A program made the position numbers and the translations under genes. This document shows, one piece after another, positions 62,501 through 64,000 of a stretch of 64,000 nt of DNA. Under the pieces are notes generated by a model, which had not been told where the DNA came from, made no database searches, and saw only the letters and a program-made list of their open reading frames with translations. Every line of letters begins with the position of its first letter. Positions within the stretch are counted from its first letter, which is position 1. Origin of the DNA: Magallana gigas (lineage: Eukaryota); assembly GCF_963853765.1 (NCBI RefSeq), contig NC_088857.1, positions 16,616,001 through 16,680,000 on the forward strand. The letters run 5' to 3'.

Positions 62501-63777
62501 CATTGTTTCTCTTTTTTTAGTTGCACATTCTGGTATTGTTATTGTGTGAATTCATGTTCACCATAGAGAAATAATAGTAATGCTTGTCTATTATCAGTCT
62601 CCTGCCCAACATCAGCACACAGAGACGATTTTGGCAGCCCATGTAACCCTCTATTTTCTATTTTGAATTTTTTAATTTAATAACAAAAGAAAATTGCTTG
62701 ACAGGTAAATTTTGCTTGAAATTGTAATCAGGATGTTTTCAATTAAAATGCAATTTAGAGACTTAAGTGTTTGGTTGTGTTATAATTTTTTTCCATTGCA
62801 ACTTGAATTTGAAGAAGCAGTGTTCCTAATTTTGTGCAAGACAAGCTTATCATGGTTTCAGGCTCCATAATAACAAACTGTCAATTATCTACAAAGATGA
62901 TCGAGGGAATCCATATTTTTTTGGTCTGGAGAGAAAGCTGACAGGGAGTTGAGTCCCTATTATCGCAGGGTGTGCATATACTGCTTTGTTGCTGCATCAT
63001 GTTCGGAACGGAGGCAGAAAGTGCTATCTGATGCAAAATTCTTGTATTGTTTTCAAAAGCAGTGATTTTTCATTTGTTTGAATCTATTCAAGTGGCTTTT
63101 TTTTCGCTGAGAATCTTTGTATCTGTGTTAAAAGTGAAGAAGTATGTGTTAAGCAGTTCATGTTTTTTCGTGCTCGGGGTTTTGGAAGGGTTGCTGAGGC
63201 TTGGAGTGTGAGTTGGGTTGAGATGTCTGTGATGTGAAGATGAGTGACTTATAAGTGTTGGCTTTTCATTTCTGAGGAGGATGCGCAATGTCCACTGTAA
63301 AAAAATCTTTTTTGCAAAAATGCAGGGACTTTATTGGGTCTAGCAAGAAAGGTAAAAAAAAAACCCAACCCCAACCAAAAATCTTACATGATGTACAGAT
63401 CCGTTTTATAACACTTCTGAATTTGAGACATATGATAGGATTTGCAGCTTTATGACTTCATTCTATTTTGTAGTGGTATTAAAATTTAATGTGCATTTCT
63501 GATCTGCTTGATACTTATAAGATTAGTCTCTTCATTTATTTTGATATTTCTTTCTTGGTTTTAAATGTTATGTAAAGAACTTCTTGTTTGAAAAGTAAAT
63601 TGCAAATGTATTATTTTTCTGTTGTAGCTCCAAGCCATAGATCTGATGATGATGCGGACTTTGCCAAACCTCTCTCCACCAAAGTACCCCAAGCCAAGAG
63701 GGCTTCCTCTGCCTCCTCAGCCTCCTCCTCCGTGGGGGCCAGGAAAAGCCTGCTCCCCACCAACCGGTCAAGCTCAG
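44600..63777 (+). CDS. CLASP1: CLIP-associating protein (CLASP), N-terminal TOG1 and linker exons; gene continues beyond window
   Basis: Exons 44600-44776, 46042-46120, 46524-46567, 47293-47352, 47863-47954, 48200-48275, 49016-49113, 50155-50225 and 63628-63777, phase-consistent. Motifs WVNCSNYK, VLPAVVDRLGDAKDQVRE, LSKIVPSICKLLDDQNSQVRE, EVYRHVGERVRQDLAKKG and KFDEV match CLASP TOG1. The symbol denotes the family; CLASP1 vs 2 is not resolvable. Confidence 0.95.
54730..55050. mobile_element. TTAA-flanked (Kolobok-like) MITE with a tRNA-like segment
   Basis: TTAA-AGGTTGTATGGGACATCT vs revcomp TTAA-GGTGGTATGGTACACCT. Minus-strand CAGTGTAGTGCAGTGG...GAGTTGGAATCACACTG at ~54948-54884. Confidence 0.75.
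56674..56914 (+). CDS. probable alternative first coding exon of CLASP (80-aa Pro/Ser-rich N-terminus)
   Basis: GC-rich ORF; first in-frame ATG after TAG (56635-56637). Strong donor T|GTAAGT in phase 1 fits the phase-1 acceptor at 63628. Confidence 0.7.
57499..57568. repeat. minisatellite, 4 x 17 bp (AGCTTATTTATTGTGTC)
   Basis: Direct read. Confidence 0.95.
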
Positions 63778-64000
63778 GTAAATGTCATTGGGTGGAAGGA
63801 GTTTTGGAATTTAACCTACTAAAAATCATGATTCCTTTTCTTAATCTGCTACATGTATATATGATATTCGTAAGCTCTGTTTACTCAAAATGCAACTATT
63901 TTTACATAAAATTATTGGCTCTGTAAAAATATGATATTGGCCAGAAATAATAATCTTTATGTAAATATATACCCCAGGCTTCTAGCTATAGTTAGCATGT

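Overview
AT-rich eukaryotic genomic DNA with GT-AG introns and two N-gaps. It is most likely an oyster (Ostreidae, probably Crassostrea/Magallana), inferred from Cg170-like satellite monomers, HINE-type Helentron derivatives and tandem C1q-domain genes. I hand-assembled eight protein-coding loci with consistent intron phases: the 5' part of a VWA7-like gene (minus, running off the window start) with a second paralogous signal-peptide first exon; two tandem secreted coiled-coil + gC1q genes; a 350-aa uncharacterised gene with SxIP motifs; two tandem lifeguard/TMBIM genes, one canonical and one divergent; a complete 17-exon MCM6, head-to-head with a lifeguard gene; and the 5' half of CLASP, with a probable alternative TOG1-less first exon in a 13-kb intron. 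Non-autonomous elements include a complete Helitron, a HINE carrying a 7 x 180-bp array, three long-hairpin elements, TA- and TTAA-type MITEs (two with tRNA-like modules) and a LINE 3' fragment. I found no clearly new multi-gene system. The best leads are alternative N-termini (VWA7, CLASP), paralogue divergence (lifeguard, VWA7 metal site, C1q processing sites), the SxIP-bearing orphan and the hairpin-capped elements. Family comparisons are from recalled consensus motifs, not database searches.
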